DNA of 64,000 bases from Trypanosoma brucei (Eukaryota). Below are positions 22,697 through 33,315 of the stretch, in pieces (positions within the stretch are counted from its first letter, which is position 1; every line of letters begins with the position of its first letter). The stretch is taken from contig CP000069.1 of assembly GCA_000002445.1 (NCBI GenBank), positions 544,001-608,000 of the forward strand, written 5' to 3'. The notes under the pieces are model-generated. The model was not told where the DNA came from and did no database searches. It saw nothing but the letters and a program-made list of their open reading frames with translations. Both the position numbers and the translations under genes were made by a program.

Positions 22697-22699
22697 TTA

Positions 22700-22790
22700 T
22701 ACGCTGCCAATACCCAGTGCAGCACCAGAGGCCGCAGTGATTGGGAGCGAAGCGAAAAAGAAAAAAAACAACGGTGGCGGGAAGAGGGAA
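22700..22790 (-). promoter_or_regulatory. candidate polypyrimidine tract plus AG trans-splice acceptor for PAN2
   Basis: The plus strand is purine-rich (gcgaagcgaaaaagaaaaaaaacaacgg), so the minus strand is poly-pyrimidine. The first downstream AG on the minus strand lies about 10 nt before the PAN2 ATG. Trypanosomatid mRNAs are trans-spliced at an AG following a pyrimidine tract. The exact site is inferred, not observed. Confidence 0.3.
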
Positions 22791-23710
22791 ATCCCCCGCC
22801 GCACGCGTCCGCCACGTGTCTCAGCTGACCGCTTCCCAACAACAACAAAAAATATATAGATTTTTTTACCTGCTACCCTTTCAACCGCCACGCGGGCTGC
22901 CCAAAGCAAAAGAAGATACAAGATCAAAATGAAGAAAATAGTAATATCTCTGAAGTTTCGGGTTGGTTCAATCCTTTTCCTTTGTTCCCTACTACTTATC
23001 CTCACCGACAGGTGATGTCGGCAACCCCTACCGCGCGTTTCTTCAAACCCCTATTTCCTCCAATTTACGGTCACTACTGGTGGAAAATAGACAAGGAAGG
23101 AAGAAAAAAAAAACAGCGATTGCCACCCCGTAGAAGGTAACGCAAGCAAACAATAAGGTCATATCCAACAGAGATAACTCATAACCACTTTTGTGTTTAT
23201 TATTATATTTTGTTTGGGATGGAGGTAAAAAAAAAATGGGAAAAGAACTGCACCGACCGCAACAGCCACAGTACGTCCCTTTCCCTTGTCCAACAACAAC
23301 AACAGCACCATAAATCGAACAGAGGCCTTTAACATGTGATTGTCCTTCGGCATATAATTGTGTAATTAATCCAGGAGGAAGCCACAATGGTGAAGAGGTT
23401 GTAAATATCCCGGTCACTAGAGCGCAACAGCTGTCGCAGGTGTTGATTGCGTTTGTTCATCCCACCACCGCACCCTTCCCCTTTAATGCACCTCCTCCAC
23501 ACGTAAATAACGGCTCGTTAAACAGTGTGTAATATGATGGAAATATAAATATTCCACATTACCGTACACTTTGTAACCGTGATGACCACCGCTATCTCAG
23601 GAGAGGAAAAAATAAAAACAACAACAACCGTAAATATATATATATATATGACCTGCATCCATTATTCAACGAACAAAACGGCAGTTGCGTTTCCTCCCCA
23701 AAGAGTACGT

Positions 23711-25285
23711 TTACGACGTCACCTCACTTACCTCCGTAGTTTTCTTTCTTTTTTTGACCTTACGAGGGCCTTGTGGTGATGCCGTTGCCTCCACCTCAGA
23801 AGGCACTGCTGCACTCGTTGAGGCCGCGACATGAGATGCCGAAGTCGGGGCTTCAAATGGTTGGGCGGGAGCGCGGGGGTCCTTTTTGTGGTGCTTTACC
23901 GCATGACGGTGCAGGTCCTCGTGACTAAGAAAAAAGCGCTCACATGTCGAGCACTTTACATGCGTCAGTAGTCCAATATCCGATAGTCGGATTGTCTTGT
24001 GTTGAAGACTCAGGTGCTCTTCGAGCGAATAAATATCGGCGAAGACACGCTTACATGCAGGACATGGATGAGTTTGTGAAGATAAGCCGTGCTTATTTTG
24101 CATGTGCCCGTGCAGCCCCTTTGCTGAAGAGAAACCCTTTTCGCAATCGTGGCACCACCAACAATTATTTGCCGTCACCCGCCCAACCACATTTTGTGCT
24201 TCTCCTTGTTCCGCATGCTTGCTATTAAAGTGTCCATCCAATGCAGCAGCGGAAGCGAAAGCCTTCTGGCAAACCGTGCAAACGAATGATGAGACCGTCT
24301 TCTGCTCGCGGATGAGGCGTTCAACATGAAATGCGGCGTCTTCGTTGGGGTGTTTAAAGCGAATGTGCGAAAACAAAGCAGACGGCATTTTGTAAACTTT
24401 CGATGATGACACGCATAAATCACAAATCACGTGCACACGCTGGTCTCCACCCGTAGTTGCTTCCTTTGCGGAAAATTGCGCCACATCAGCGATGGCGGCG
24501 GAGTCAACACCTGCGGGCCCCTCTGCAGTCCCATCGGGGTGTCGTGTTTCAAGGTGCTGCAAAAGATCAATTTCACTGTTGAACGTGCGGTTACACAACT
24601 CACACGGAAACTCTGTGTCGCTGAACTGCGCTGTTGCTTTCAGTGGTCTATCAACACCCCGAGGAAGGGAGATGCCGAGAATTCGGGGGACTGCATTAAT
24701 CGGTTCACTCTTCTCAGCCACAGCTACGACACCATTCAGGCGCCGCGTCGGTTGCGGTCCCCCATCCCCATTGCTTTTTTCCACAACTACTCCACGTGGC
24801 GGCAAGGGGACGTGCGGCTCCACCTCCTCTAAATCAATATCGGTATGCACGTCGGCAACATGTTTAAGAAATTTATCTCGCGTTGCGTACACATCACTGC
24901 GGCGATCACACCAATTACACATGTAACCTGTCGGCAACACAGTTGGCAAAAAATCCAGGACGCGGCGCCCAGATGACGTTAGTTCGGATTTCTTCAGAGG
25001 AACGCCAATTACCCGCTCGTACAAGGCAAGTCGTTCTGTGCACATTTTGCGGCAATGCGTTTGGTCAAGCTCACGGTGGGCCGTTATAAGGTGTGTGAGC
25101 ATATCGCACATATGAACGACGCGGCTACAGGCTGGACAAGAGGCGTATGCTATGTCCTCATGTGTATGAGAACGCGGCGCTGCAAGTTGCACAGATGGGA
25201 TGCGCAGTGGATGATGGCAACGCCGCACGGGTTGCAATAACTGATGGAGCTGCGGCGCCATTGAAGCCACCAACCAGCGCCGCAT
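23711..25285 (-). CDS. C2H2 zinc-finger protein with eight fingers
   Basis: Eight C-x2-C-x12-15-H-x4-5-H units, for example FPCELCNRTFNSEIDLLQHLETRH, FVCTVCQKAFASAAALDGHFNSKH, WWCHDCEKGFSSAKGLHGHMQNKH and HPCPACKRVFADIYSLEEHLSLQH. The start is probably MRRWLVASMAPQ… at 25285. The ORF track extends 33 codons further, to 25384. The N-terminus looks like a mitochondrial presequence. The eight-finger architecture and the remembered position next to PAN2 resemble the REH2-associated editing factor H2F1, but that assignment is from memory only. Confidence 0.65.
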   Translation of the reverse strand: MRRWLVASMAPQLHQLLQPVRRCHHPLRIPSVQLAAPRSHTHEDIAYASCPACSRVVHMCDMLTHLITAHRELDQTHCRKMCTERLALYERVIGVPLKKSELTSSGRRVLDFLPTVLPTGYMCNWCDRRSDVYATRDKFLKHVADVHTDIDLEEVEPHVPLPPRGVVVEKSNGDGGPQPTRRLNGVVAVAEKSEPINAVPRILGISLPRGVDRPLKATAQFSDTEFPCELCNRTFNSEIDLLQHLETRHPDGTAEGPAGVDSAAIADVAQFSAKEATTGGDQRVHVICDLCVSSSKVYKMPSALFSHIRFKHPNEDAAFHVERLIREQKTVSSFVCTVCQKAFASAAALDGHFNSKHAEQGEAQNVVGRVTANNCWWCHDCEKGFSSAKGLHGHMQNKHGLSSQTHPCPACKRVFADIYSLEEHLSLQHKTIRLSDIGLLTHVKCSTCERFFLSHEDLHRHAVKHHKKDPRAPAQPFEAPTSASHVAASTSAAVPSEVEATASPQGPRKVKKRKKTTEVSEVTS

Positions 25286-26112
25286 CTGCTCTGCTGGCAC
25301 TATAAACCTAACAAAGTTTTTTATGAAGTTTTTTTTTGTTGTATGAGTCCCGTCACATGCAGATATGAGCGCGTGTGTACACATGACATGTGGGATGAAC
25401 AGTTAGGAAGCCCATTATTTTTTTTTATTTTCAAAAAGGAGGTGAGTAGCGGGGTAGACTTAAACACTCAAGAGTTCCAGCGGACTATAAAAATGCCGAT
25501 GGCAATAGCGATAATTATTGTGATAATAGCAGTCAACCTATGCACCCGATTGATAGTCGCAAGATAATCACAAACCACCGTGTGTAACATATGGTTCAGG
25601 AGTTTATTGAAAGTGGCAAAAAGTTATAACCTCTTCCATGCGCAAAATTCCCCTTGAGTTCACCACTCTCCGGTTGGCCGCTGTCGCGGTGATAGAAACG
25701 GAAAAGGAATTTCTTTTTTTTTCTTCAAAAAAGGAAGAAAATACAACAACACAGGAGAGAGACCTCCGCTGTCACGGCAGCTGTAATGCTACAGACAGCA
25801 CATCCTCCAAAAAAGAAAAAAAGTCGATACAACTATTAACACTCATAGAAATAATCGTTTACAACGAACGAACACAACAAAAGAAGACGAATTAAAAAAA
25901 CCTCTATGACGAAGCTGAATGATTTGACAACCATTTCCTAAAATGATCGGTCATTCACAAAATCTCCATGGATACCACCGTCATCATATTTTCACTTGAC
26001 ACAGCAGAGAGGGAAAAAAGCAAAAGAGAAAGAAAGAAAAAGCAGGTCCCAGCAACAGTAAAGAAAGACTAAAACGTAAACAACTACAGTCAAAACCGAC
26101 CAGCACAAACAC

Positions 26113-27096
26113 TCATGGTTCAGTTGGCCACTCCATTACTAATGAATCCACTGGGGTATGGGGTCCACCACGATACACAGACACTATCGGATGCAGTTTC
26201 TGCTTTGAAAGTCCTTCGATTCGCTTTTGAAGACTTTCCCAACGCGATTGGGAATCAACAAAGAACCCTAAAAAAAATGAAGTGTCCACTTGACCATATG
26301 GAACAGACCGTAAGTTACTCGATGTTGGCTTCACAACCCCCGTTTCGCCTGGCTCACTCGACAACAAAGCATCTTGTGTCTTGCAGTGAGGATCCAAATA
26401 AAGCAATAATTCCTGTGCTCCAGTACCGATGATATAATACCCACGGTTAGGGACACCGCCCACCATTCCAACACTCTCCGGTGCAAGCAACAGATGCTCC
26501 AGTGAAAGAAACATTTTTTGACTCATGTAACGGCTTGCACCACAACGTAAGGGCGCGAGTATAAGAACGTTTCGCGACTCCTTCAGATGGCAACTTACCT
26601 CTTCTGCAGGAACAGCACCAGCCACTGTAATGACAACACTAAGTGGACTCGAAAGAATTCCCCTTTCCGTTGCTCTTTTAACGCAACCACTAATAGCCTC
26701 ACATCCCTGACTTGGTGCCCAGTAGACGGGTCGGAGCGACTCACCTTGCTTCAGTATGTGGCGCACCATGCAGTGTAATGAAAAAGGTGCTACTTGTTCA
26801 TCATCCAAATCGGCGAAGTATTGTAACTTACAGTCTTGTGCGCTGTGTCTCCGCAGACTGCAAGCCAAAAGCATTTGCGTAGCGCGTGCCAGGCAACCCC
26901 ATCCCTTGTCTGACGTAAGCGTAGAATAAGGAAGAGGATCGAAATACCTGCGGTAGGTGAAGAGGTAAAAGGAATTCTCAAGGTGCTCGTCCAACTGCTG
27001 AGGCTCCCTTTGGATCGTGCCAAGAACACAACACGGATACTCAATGTGTGCATCACAACCGACAACGGAGTGTACGAAATTTTTCAGACGCTCCAT
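26113..27096 (-). CDS. ATG4: autophagy-related cysteine peptidase ATG4 (family C54)
   Basis: YRRYFDPLPYSTLTSDKGWGCLARATQM contains the catalytic-Cys motif D-x-GWGC-x-x-R-x-x-QM of Atg4. The downstream LYLDPH carries the catalytic Asp/His. Confidence 0.8.
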   Translation of the reverse strand: MERLKNFVHSVVGCDAHIEYPCCVLGTIQREPQQLDEHLENSFYLFTYRRYFDPLPYSTLTSDKGWGCLARATQMLLACSLRRHSAQDCKLQYFADLDDEQVAPFSLHCMVRHILKQGESLRPVYWAPSQGCEAISGCVKRATERGILSSPLSVVITVAGAVPAEEVSCHLKESRNVLILAPLRCGASRYMSQKMFLSLEHLLLAPESVGMVGGVPNRGYYIIGTGAQELLLYLDPHCKTQDALLSSEPGETGVVKPTSSNLRSVPYGQVDTSFFLGFFVDSQSRWESLQKRIEGLSKQKLHPIVSVYRGGPHTPVDSLVMEWPTEP

Positions 27097-27608
27097 ACGA
27101 ATCTACGATATATATATATATATATATATATTTGTATATCTATGTATATTATATGTGCTTAGCGACACACTGCTTTGTTTCTTCGCTTCCTTATGGTGTT
27201 GTTTTCACTCTTCACTTTCCAACAATTAATGGTTATTAATGACGTCAGGTTGCGAAGTTGCGTCGCAGCCTCGCACAGCTCAGCAACGGAGTCTGGTGGC
27301 CGTCAGATGAACTCGTTTCGCCACTGCTATTCCCTTTTCCTATTGAAAAGGCGCTGTTCAGCGGGTGTAACCGCAATTCCCACCATAGAGAAGTAATAAC
27401 AAACAACAATTAAAAGGGAGAGGGAAGAAATGCAGTGAAAGCCAACAAACATTTAAAAGATAAAAGAAAAGAGGAGAAGCAATAAACCACGGGTAATTCG
27501 TTCGCGCGCACGTCAGCGACAACACGATAAGGGCCCCCAACCTCGTACCCACACACAGAAAGAACGGAAAGCACAGATTTCGTTCACATGTAGCCGTACC
27601 CAAATCGA

Positions 27609-28181
27609 CTAACTGTTTGGGTCGAACAAAAACTCCATTTGATGACTGTGCCGTGGAAAAAAGTGTCCCGTTAGGCGAGATCCCGTACGGTGCGTGTTAA
27701 CGTATGATGTGTGCCAACGACGCGTGGGAACCCGCACGTCCCTCCCGAGGGCGCATGGGATGCACCATGCTTTGCCATCTTTTGAGTAGAACTTGTTGTG
27801 TCCGAGCCTGTATTTACATCGGTTGCACTTGAAACAACCGAAGTGAAAAAAGTACCCCTGCGGCGTAGGCACTGTTGCGTTACCAGCAGGTATCCACACG
27901 TAGCTATTGACATCTCCCGCGTCAATGGGTTTGTCACAGTTAAAACAGATTGCATCAGGTGGCACAACCATGGGGCGGTCCACATCTTCATTATAAGCGG
28001 GAAAGTGCGGCCGTGACTTACATTCATCATGAGGCATTGCTGTGAGGTGCCGCGCCTTCGACTGCGTCCACCAGCGGCGGCTGTGTTGCGTGCGAACTTT
28101 ATGGGATTGCGTAGGTTTCCCATGCATTGCTCGGCACTGAACCAACGTTACAACAACACATGGGATACGTGACCGCAACAT
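27609..28181 (-). CDS. hypothetical zinc-binding (LIM-like double zinc finger) protein
   Basis: A 190 aa ORF. CFNCDKPIDAGD…HFGCFKCNRCKYRLGHNKFYSKDGKAWCIPC has C-x2-C…H-x2-C-x2-C-x2-C…C-x2-C spacing typical of a LIM-type double zinc module. The N-terminus is basic. Confidence 0.45.
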   Translation of the reverse strand: MLRSRIPCVVVTLVQCRAMHGKPTQSHKVRTQHSRRWWTQSKARHLTAMPHDECKSRPHFPAYNEDVDRPMVVPPDAICFNCDKPIDAGDVNSYVWIPAGNATVPTPQGYFFHFGCFKCNRCKYRLGHNKFYSKDGKAWCIPCALGRDVRVPTRRWHTSYVNTHRTGSRLTGHFFPRHSHQMEFLFDPNS

Positions 28182-29566
28182 ATATTGTTACTCGGCAGGT
28201 ATGGGAAGAAAAACAAAAAGATTGAAAAAGGAAGGATGGAGGCGAATGGAACTCCACCTTTCCTTTTCCTTCCCTTGCTATTACTTCTTTTTGTTGATGT
28301 TGTCCGAAGCCCTACTGACTGTACCAAGCACACTGTGCTTGTAGCACATATATGAGAGGAAAAGAAAAAAAAGTAGTTGATGAATGCAAGCTATCAATAC
28401 ATATACACATTAACACCAAAACAATTTGTGTCTTTTTCTTTTTTTGTTAATTTCTTCCCTTGCTGCCTATTTGCCACGTTCTAATAAATTCTAACGATGC
28501 ATTTCTGAGTTTTGCAGGAGAAAAACAATTGCTCATCCATTCAATCCTCTTCCCCTGTCGATACGGTTCCTCAAGTTGTCGGAAGCCGGAAAAAAAAAAT
28601 AAAAACAAATGCAGCAGGAAGTGTGTACTCAAATCTATGTGAAAGACTCCACGCATTGAATGGGAATCCGCATGAGGACCACATCATGAACCGGGAACTT
28701 GTGGTAACGAAGCACCACCAATAATAATAAAAAGGATAGCGAAACCGAAAAAATAGGCATCATGATTCCTTTTCTTTCTTCTTCACACTAACACGACCAA
28801 ACAAACACATTAGCTGTACTTAACAGGAACAGCATTTCATCAGTATTATCCACACGGCGACGGGCAACAAACACCAGTAATGGCGCCAAGAAAGGCGTGA
28901 TGAAAGCATCCGCTTGCCTCGGCAAACATAAACTGCGATCCGAAATAGTCACGAAAGAAAGAAAAAAACAAACAGAAGAGGAAACTCAGCCATACGTGTT
29001 AGGTACGGCTCTTTATTTTTCCCCCTTTCTCCCATCTCCTTACCTTTTCCCTTAAAAAAAAAAAAAACAATAAATTAAGGTTTCTGCCCCTGCATTTTAC
29101 CTTCAAAAAAAAACAATAAAAAGAATGGACAATATTAAAATAGATATGTGACAGAGCAACTCTTTCCTTATATTACATTTTCCCCGTATCAACGGACCGC
29201 ACCGGCACCGCATCCCCGGGACGTCTAACCTTAACTGTGAATTCATTATCAATCCCACATCCCTTTTACTCTCAAAGCATCAAAACAGCTGCTACAGTCG
29301 CTATATTTTGAGCACCCGACATGCATGAAAGATGTCTCTCAGCATCCGACGGCTTCATCTCATCTTGTCTCCAAACGCCCGCCATGTGTATTTGCGCACA
29401 CGGGGTGTTGGTAATCTATGGGAGCCTTCATGATTTAACATCGATGAGCATTAGGGCAAATCCACTCGTTACGCTCCCCTTTCCTGTATTCCCTCTTACA
29501 ACTATTCATTTATTCCTTCATTCTGTACTGTGCCATCTGTCCGTGTATACGTCTATATATGGATGG

Positions 29567-29896
29567 TTAAACCTTAAGAAATTCCTGCGAGAGCAAAGGG
29601 CGATCCTCCGGGTAAATGCTACCATAAATATCTGGACCCAACTCCTCTACCAGTTCTATTATCTCAACATCATAAGGTGAATCCACATCATCCCAATAGC
29701 GATGCGTTAAGCGATCGGCATCGACATCCTGTATGTCAAAATGGGTGCTAGTGCCGCTGTTACTGTTCTTTCTGTCATTCCCACCGTTGCTCGTACTAAA
29801 ATCCTGAGAACGGAAACCAATAGCGCCAAGAGGAACAGCAAATACTGAATTCCCTACTGCCCGCAGTGGCCTAAACGCAGCTAGCCGTCGTAACAT
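29567..29896 (-). CDS. small hypothetical protein (109 aa) with a mitochondrial-type presequence
   Basis: MLRRLAAFRPLRAVGNSVFAVPLGAIGF is Arg-rich and amphipathic. It is followed by an acidic C-terminal half. The ORF sits in the same orientation inside the gene array. Confidence 0.4.
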   Translation of the reverse strand: MLRRLAAFRPLRAVGNSVFAVPLGAIGFRSQDFSTSNGGNDRKNSNSGTSTHFDIQDVDADRLTHRYWDDVDSPYDVEIIELVEELGPDIYGSIYPEDRPLLSQEFLKV

Positions 29897-29918
29897 CCAA
29901 CACTAATAGTCCCCCCAC

Positions 29919-29965
29919 CTCACACACACACACACACACACAAACAAATAAACAAATATTTATTT
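29919..29965. repeat. (CA)12 followed by (CAAA)/(TTTA) repeats
   Basis: Read directly from the sequence, just upstream of the small ORF 29567..29896. Confidence 0.9.
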
Positions 29966-30494
29966 ATGTATGCAGGTAGAGAAAGGGAGCTGAAGCACGG
30001 CGGGAGAACGCCCGGAACTGCGAAGGCAACGGCAAATGATGGAAACAAAATACCGACAACAGGGAGTATAGAGAGTCCTCACTCCAAACCTTTACGTCAC
30101 TATGTAGTTTATTTTGCTATGGTGGAAGTACTCGTTAGATGAGCGACTGCGAGGGAACGGGGGAAAGCTATTAAGCTTTCTCTTGGTGCAAGTGTTCTGG
30201 ATGGCAAAAACCGAAGCAAAACGCTACAACTACGAATAAACAAGGAAAACAAAAAACAGTCAAAAAGGAAGAAACATCGCCTTTCGATGACACAGGTGTA
30301 CAAATGCATAACCGCAGGGAGAGACGTTTCTATGAAACAGCTTGTGATGTATAGTGTAGTTTGCATGATCAAAGAACCGTAAGAAGGGGGACAAAGAGTC
30401 TATACATGAGTAAACAACGAATGAACAAGGGGTGAATGGGCCTTTCCATTCAACTTCAGGTTCAACATTTCGTAAAGTGCCGAATCATACCGTA

Positions 30495-32789
30495 TTAATG
30501 TGCAGCGTTCATTAGGCGTGCCACTTCTTCCTTGCTCTGAGCTGATGAGTTACACGCTCCCTCAAGAAATTGTGTGGCCGCTGCCTCGAGACCAAGCGCT
30601 GAATTCGAGAGCTGGATGGAACGAAATCGGGCAGCTAAGGGGAAAACCATCCCTGATGAAAGGGTGTTGCTCAATACATTACCCGCGCCCATATGACAGG
30701 GTGCCTCTGCGGGCAGCTCCAGGGCAGCGATGTGTTCCTCATTTTGACGATAACGCGGCGCTAAGCGCTCCAGCACTTGGGCCAATGCATACGGTGTCAT
30801 TTGAGGAAAGTACTTAATCAATGTAGGGTAGAGGCTACGTAACAATCCATTCACGGTCAAGCACGCCACAGACCCGTTTGTGGTGGGCCACCACACAGCG
30901 TTGTCAGTGAATACGGCGCAAAACACTTCTTCTTTTTCCTGCTCCTCATACGGGGGCTTTTGCTGTTGTTGCTGCTGTTGTTGTTGACGCTGCAGCTGCT
31001 GTTGTTTTGTCAACCCCTGATACAAACCAGATGTTTGGCTCGTTGGCCTCAACTCGTATGTAACGACCTGCTGCAACGGTGGCAAGTCGTCTATCTTGGC
31101 GACAACACGGTTGTAGTGCACATCCCATAGGTAAGTGGCGTCTTCACAAATAAGCAACAAGAGTGGGAGGTCACCTAGTGGAACTGTTACACGCAAACCA
31201 TCGACCTCATGTATGGAATTAGCGGTCGCACAATTCATTAAATTTGCTAAATGCGGTCCTCTCACATGTGCCAACGTAGTGCAGCCTTTTGTCTTGAGCG
31301 CTACTGTGACTGATGGCACGTGACCATGACCACCATCAGAAATATAGGGTGTCACTCCTAGCTCGCACGGGCTTTGACAATACGATGGTGACCCGATGTT
31401 GCACACAGAGGCAATGCCTCTGGCATCCATGAAATACACACAACTGTTCTCACACACCACAGCAACCAGAGATCTGTCCCCAGCGGCCACTTCTGCAGCG
31501 ACAATGACACTAGGAAGTAGGTTTTTGTGGCTGCTGGGAAGTGAAAGATGATCCCCCGGGATGTTTACAGTGCTCGAAGCGCGCGACCGGCCTCTCCTAG
31601 TATGTCTCTCTGACGTTCGCGGTGTTCCTTTGGACTTGGAAGCAGAAGCAGCAAGCCTTTCAACATTGCTTTCTGTCCCTATAGCATCAACAGCTGCCAA
31701 CACGGCCGGTTTCCCCTCTGTACCACTCCTAGAGGGACGCAGAGGACAGCGGGAGAAAGCAGTACTACCTACCCACAGCAGTAACCCCAGTATGCAGTGC
31801 CTGCTGAACGATGAGTCCCCGGACGCCGGTGGCATGGCAAAACTCCCGGTGGTTGAATTCCTTAGGTTGTTCGCTGATGCGCAGTTACTAAAGGTTCCTA
31901 GTGACTGAGTTTTAACCCCAAACGAAACTCCCTGTCGTGACAGATCAGGGATGTAGAAAATGCGAACACCCCCGCCGCCAAAGGCTCCCTCGGCGTACGC
32001 AACACGTGCTGAGGCGCCCAAAACGACACGAGACACTTCCTCCGAATCAGTATCCCGTGGGATCTTTAATGGTGGAACCGATATAATCGTCACTCGCGAA
32101 TCGTTATTGTAGCACACTGAAATGTGTGCAGCGTTATGTGATAGTTTCAGAGAGCTAACAGTTTCTAGCATGGGAAAGCTTTCACATGCAATTTCCACCA
32201 CCTGCTGTTGGTACCTCCGCCGACGCGAAATGGAGTAGCACTCGCCCCTCTTCAGGGTCACTAGTAGTACAAAAACACTTCTACGGTAGCCCACGGCCAC
32301 GGCCCACTCCATGTTTGAAACGATTACGGCGTCAAGCGCCACCACGGGCCCACCGCCAGGATCTAAAGCTACAACTTCTGTCGATTCGAATTGTCCGCGC
32401 TCTACAGAGCTGGAATTGGGGTCCCCTTCAACACACGTTAAGTAACCACCGGCAAGCGTCACGTGGCCATCGATGTAGCCGAAAACCAGCGCACCGCTGT
32501 TAGCAAAGACGGCACTAATCTTGGTTGACACTCCCGCAGGGCTGTTGGGTGGGGACGGATATTCGACAGGTACAATCAGCTTCGGTAATGCGAAAGTACT
32601 CAAAACTTCCACTGGAACCTGAATTTGAGGTGGAGCTTCGTTGGCGAGTCGGATATCACATGTTTTGGTAATCTCGCGTATATGGCGTTGGGGTGCTGTT
32701 GCGTAGTCCAACGCGTCGTTAACGCAACGCATCACAATCTTCGTGAAGAAGCGCAAAGGTTGTACCGTATCATCGTAAAGGTACTGCAT
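30495..32789 (-). CDS. hypothetical protein (764 aa) with a poly-Q tract
   Basis: A long ORF of complex composition. An internal QQQLQRQQQQQQQQQ tract is encoded by the (CAG/CAA)n run at about 30960-31010. No known domain was recognised. Confidence 0.55.
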   Translation of the reverse strand: MQYLYDDTVQPLRFFTKIVMRCVNDALDYATAPQRHIREITKTCDIRLANEAPPQIQVPVEVLSTFALPKLIVPVEYPSPPNSPAGVSTKISAVFANSGALVFGYIDGHVTLAGGYLTCVEGDPNSSSVERGQFESTEVVALDPGGGPVVALDAVIVSNMEWAVAVGYRRSVFVLLVTLKRGECYSISRRRRYQQQVVEIACESFPMLETVSSLKLSHNAAHISVCYNNDSRVTIISVPPLKIPRDTDSEEVSRVVLGASARVAYAEGAFGGGGVRIFYIPDLSRQGVSFGVKTQSLGTFSNCASANNLRNSTTGSFAMPPASGDSSFSRHCILGLLLWVGSTAFSRCPLRPSRSGTEGKPAVLAAVDAIGTESNVERLAASASKSKGTPRTSERHTRRGRSRASSTVNIPGDHLSLPSSHKNLLPSVIVAAEVAAGDRSLVAVVCENSCVYFMDARGIASVCNIGSPSYCQSPCELGVTPYISDGGHGHVPSVTVALKTKGCTTLAHVRGPHLANLMNCATANSIHEVDGLRVTVPLGDLPLLLLICEDATYLWDVHYNRVVAKIDDLPPLQQVVTYELRPTSQTSGLYQGLTKQQQLQRQQQQQQQQQKPPYEEQEKEEVFCAVFTDNAVWWPTTNGSVACLTVNGLLRSLYPTLIKYFPQMTPYALAQVLERLAPRYRQNEEHIAALELPAEAPCHMGAGNVLSNTLSSGMVFPLAARFRSIQLSNSALGLEAAATQFLEGACNSSAQSKEEVARLMNAAH

Positions 32790-33315
32790 GTTATTAGCTA
32801 GAAATGTGATAATACAATATTTTGCGTCTTCGTTTTCGGGTTATACGACTCGCAGTATGCAAAGAAGAGAGAAAGAGATATATGTATATTTGCTGCACAG
32901 CCAAGCACCAACAACGACATGGAAGAAAGGGTAATATCTGTCCTTAGGGCACTTGCCAATGAAGATACAACAAATTATATTAAATACGTAGTAACGCGTG
33001 CAGATAGCAACATGATTATCTTTCGTGCTTCGCCACCCACCCCTTCCAAAGGATGGGAAAAATAGTTTATTCATTCTCAAGAAAAGGGGCTGATGATGAA
33101 CCACATGGATGAAAGGAGAAAATACTTTAAAATCTCCTTTTCTTGTGAATTTAAACTACCATTTCCCCCTACTATTATCTTCCTCCCCTGGTGATTTCAA
33201 ACAGCAGATAATTTATTTATTTTTTTTAAGCACACGGAACCGTAGGCGGTGTTACAACCTCCCGATTTTTTACTTCGCTGCCTTTTCCATGCTGGTGACG
33301 CTGGCACCCTTTAGC

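Noticed and set aside
22697-23417. Small minus-strand ORFs (102 and 124 aa) upstream of PAN2
   Set aside because: They are F/L-rich read-through of pyrimidine and purine tracts in the 5' spacer. Their composition is not protein-like.
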